The notes beneath the pieces were generated by a model that was not told where the DNA came from, did not search any database, and worked only from the letters and a program-made list of their open reading frames with translations. Below are positions 62,243-64,000 of a DNA stretch of 64,000 nucleotides, one piece after another. Origin of the DNA: Phoronis australis (Eukaryota; Animalia; Phoronida); assembly GCA_002633005.1 (NCBI GenBank), contig NMRA01000213.1, forward strand, positions 488,996-552,995. The letters are read 5' to 3'. The translations under genes were made by a program, and so were the position numbers. Position 1 is the stretch's first letter. Each line of letters opens with the position of its first letter.

Positions 62243-63869
62243 AAGGGGACTGTAGTCAAAATAATGTTGCAGTTAATCGGTTCTAACATACAAATAAAAC
62301 TCACATTTGCCTGACTTGCGTGCCAAACTAAAGCCAATTCGAATTTATGGTCAAAACACTGAATTCTGAAAGCGATCGCTGATTGGCTGATGTGTCAGTG
62401 ACGTGCCCGGCGGGGTATCGGCTGCTTTACACATTCATTGCTTATGTCATATTTGAAGAGTTTACATCGTAATTTATCATTGTATCAATCGTCCTTATAT
62501 TTATTGTTTGCCACAGTGCTGTAAAAGGTTCGCTATGCCTTTTTGTATGGCACCTGGTTGCTCAAACTCTTCGAAAAAGGCGTCTTCTAAAGGGATGGTC
62601 ATCGCATACCATCGCCGGGTTACCCAAGCCTTGGCCCAAAGCTCAGCGTAGATATGGACCTACAGGCTTTAGCCGATATGGGTAAAAAATGTACAAATAA
62701 AACCTGACTCAAATAAATGTCCTTAAAACTAAGTCATCCTTGAGTAAACCTAGGAACCAGGTTCCAAGAGTAAACCAACTTCTGTATTTACCGGTGTTGG
62801 AAATGTTAGCGATCGTTCATCGGCTGCTGCTAGTAAAATTGTGATGTGTTCTCGGCTTTTTGCGATTACGTCACCTGACCTTTACCAGTTTCTTTTCCCC
62901 CTGATTCTTTTATCAAGTGTTTGTCGCTGACGGTACCTAGGTTGCGTACATGTTATAACAAATTATCGGAGCTTGTTTCATTTTGTTTCAAGTTTTTAGT
63001 ATTTTTACATCAGCAAACCGAATTTTAGAACAACCTTGGTGCTGCGAAGCTGTTATCATGTCCCGAAAGACGTCTCAAATTTTTATGAAATGGCGCGTGC
63101 GCCGTGTCACGAGCGTGCTGTTCTTGAAACGGACGACACACTTCTTTGTTAAAAAGGCGGCAAATTATGCTACCAAATGACGTTTATTTGATTGTTTTCC
63201 ATTTAAACGGCTGCAACGAACAATGGGAGTGTCGGGTGACTATACCAGATTTTGCATGCGCCCCCGCCGGTCCGTTAGCTTTATATGTTGATGTAGCCTA
63301 AGTTTTACGACGAGGTGACGAGCATAACTGAGTCAACTATACCCGGGTAGTCAACGGCTGTCTGAAATTTCGGGGTTAACGGAGCTCAACACACAGTGGT
63401 ACGATAGTCTTCATACAGCTACAGTAGGTAACTTACCAACCCTTCAAGTTTACAGAGCTGCCGGAGTATTGGCTGACAGCTGGCTGACTGGATGGCTAGA
63501 GTCCACATTGCCCTCGGCACAGTCACTGACACCAGTTGCACCGGCAAATTTTCGTCTGACGATGACGATGACTGGGTATCACTTTGTGTTGCCTCGGCTC
63601 AAACAGGTATCCCTGGTGACCCGACATTTCACACTAAAATTTCTTATTCCGACAATATGAAGAACGCTACTTGATTGCACGCTAACACAGGACAGTGACG
63701 TTGCCCCCGCCAAATACGTCACGAGACTAAGCAGCGCTCCAAGCCGGTAATTTTTTTAGCTTCGTTTGAGAATATAAGTTTAATTTTTGGTGTTGAATTA
63801 TTAGTGAAATTAATCATCAATTCATAGAAAACTATCCATAATTTATTCAGAATAAATTACAGTTCCCTT
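62243..63869. mobile_element. Kolobok-like non-autonomous DNA transposon with TTAA TSD
   Basis: Left ttaa|AAGGGGACTGTAG, right TTACAGTTCCCTT|ttaa. Purine-starting TIRs with a TTAA target fit Kolobok better than piggyBac. Confidence 0.7.
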
Positions 63870-64000
63870 TTAAGTTCCATAGATACAGTGATAGTCTGTG
63901 AGCCCAACAAGAGGACATAAAATGTCTGCTAAACACTTGGAAGTACATGTATTGTACGCCGTCGGTCCTGAGTACTCCATGGACGGCTGCAAGGAACAAC

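Noticed and set aside
63455-63674. Possible next exon of copy 2 (tacag acceptor; ORFs at 63469 and 63492)
   Set aside because: The phase-1 frame from the tacag acceptor stops within ten codons, there is no similarity to the expected F5/8 exon, and it lies inside the Kolobok-like element.

Overview
This is AT-rich, intron-containing animal genomic DNA; the repeat content and frequent TACATGTA motifs suggest a marine invertebrate (inference). The + strand carries about 23 GT-AG exons encoding extracellular modules. Copy 1 (<1-15075) reads PAN-CTLD-TSP1-PAN-CTLD-F5/8-TSP1-3xTSP1-linker. Copy 2 (42888->61456) reads TSP1-WSC-WSC-PAN-CTLD-TSP1-PAN-CTLD and runs off the window end. The seven-exon PAN-CTLD-TSP1-PAN-CTLD block is duplicated about 45-54 kb apart. 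All six complete exon pairs have identical lengths, phases match throughout, and both copies are open. Every domain boundary is a phase-1 intron, so this is either two tandem paralogs or one giant repeat protein; I could not find a convincing signal peptide, transmembrane segment or stop exon. Introns and the 28-kb spacer hold decayed transposons: LINE fragments (CR1/L2-like, LOA-like with RNase H, RTE), two Academ elements (one nested inside a PIF/Harbinger element), a Gypsy remnant, a Kolobok-like element, MITEs and hairpins, a tRNA-derived SINE head, and microsatellites. All alignments and counts were done by eye.
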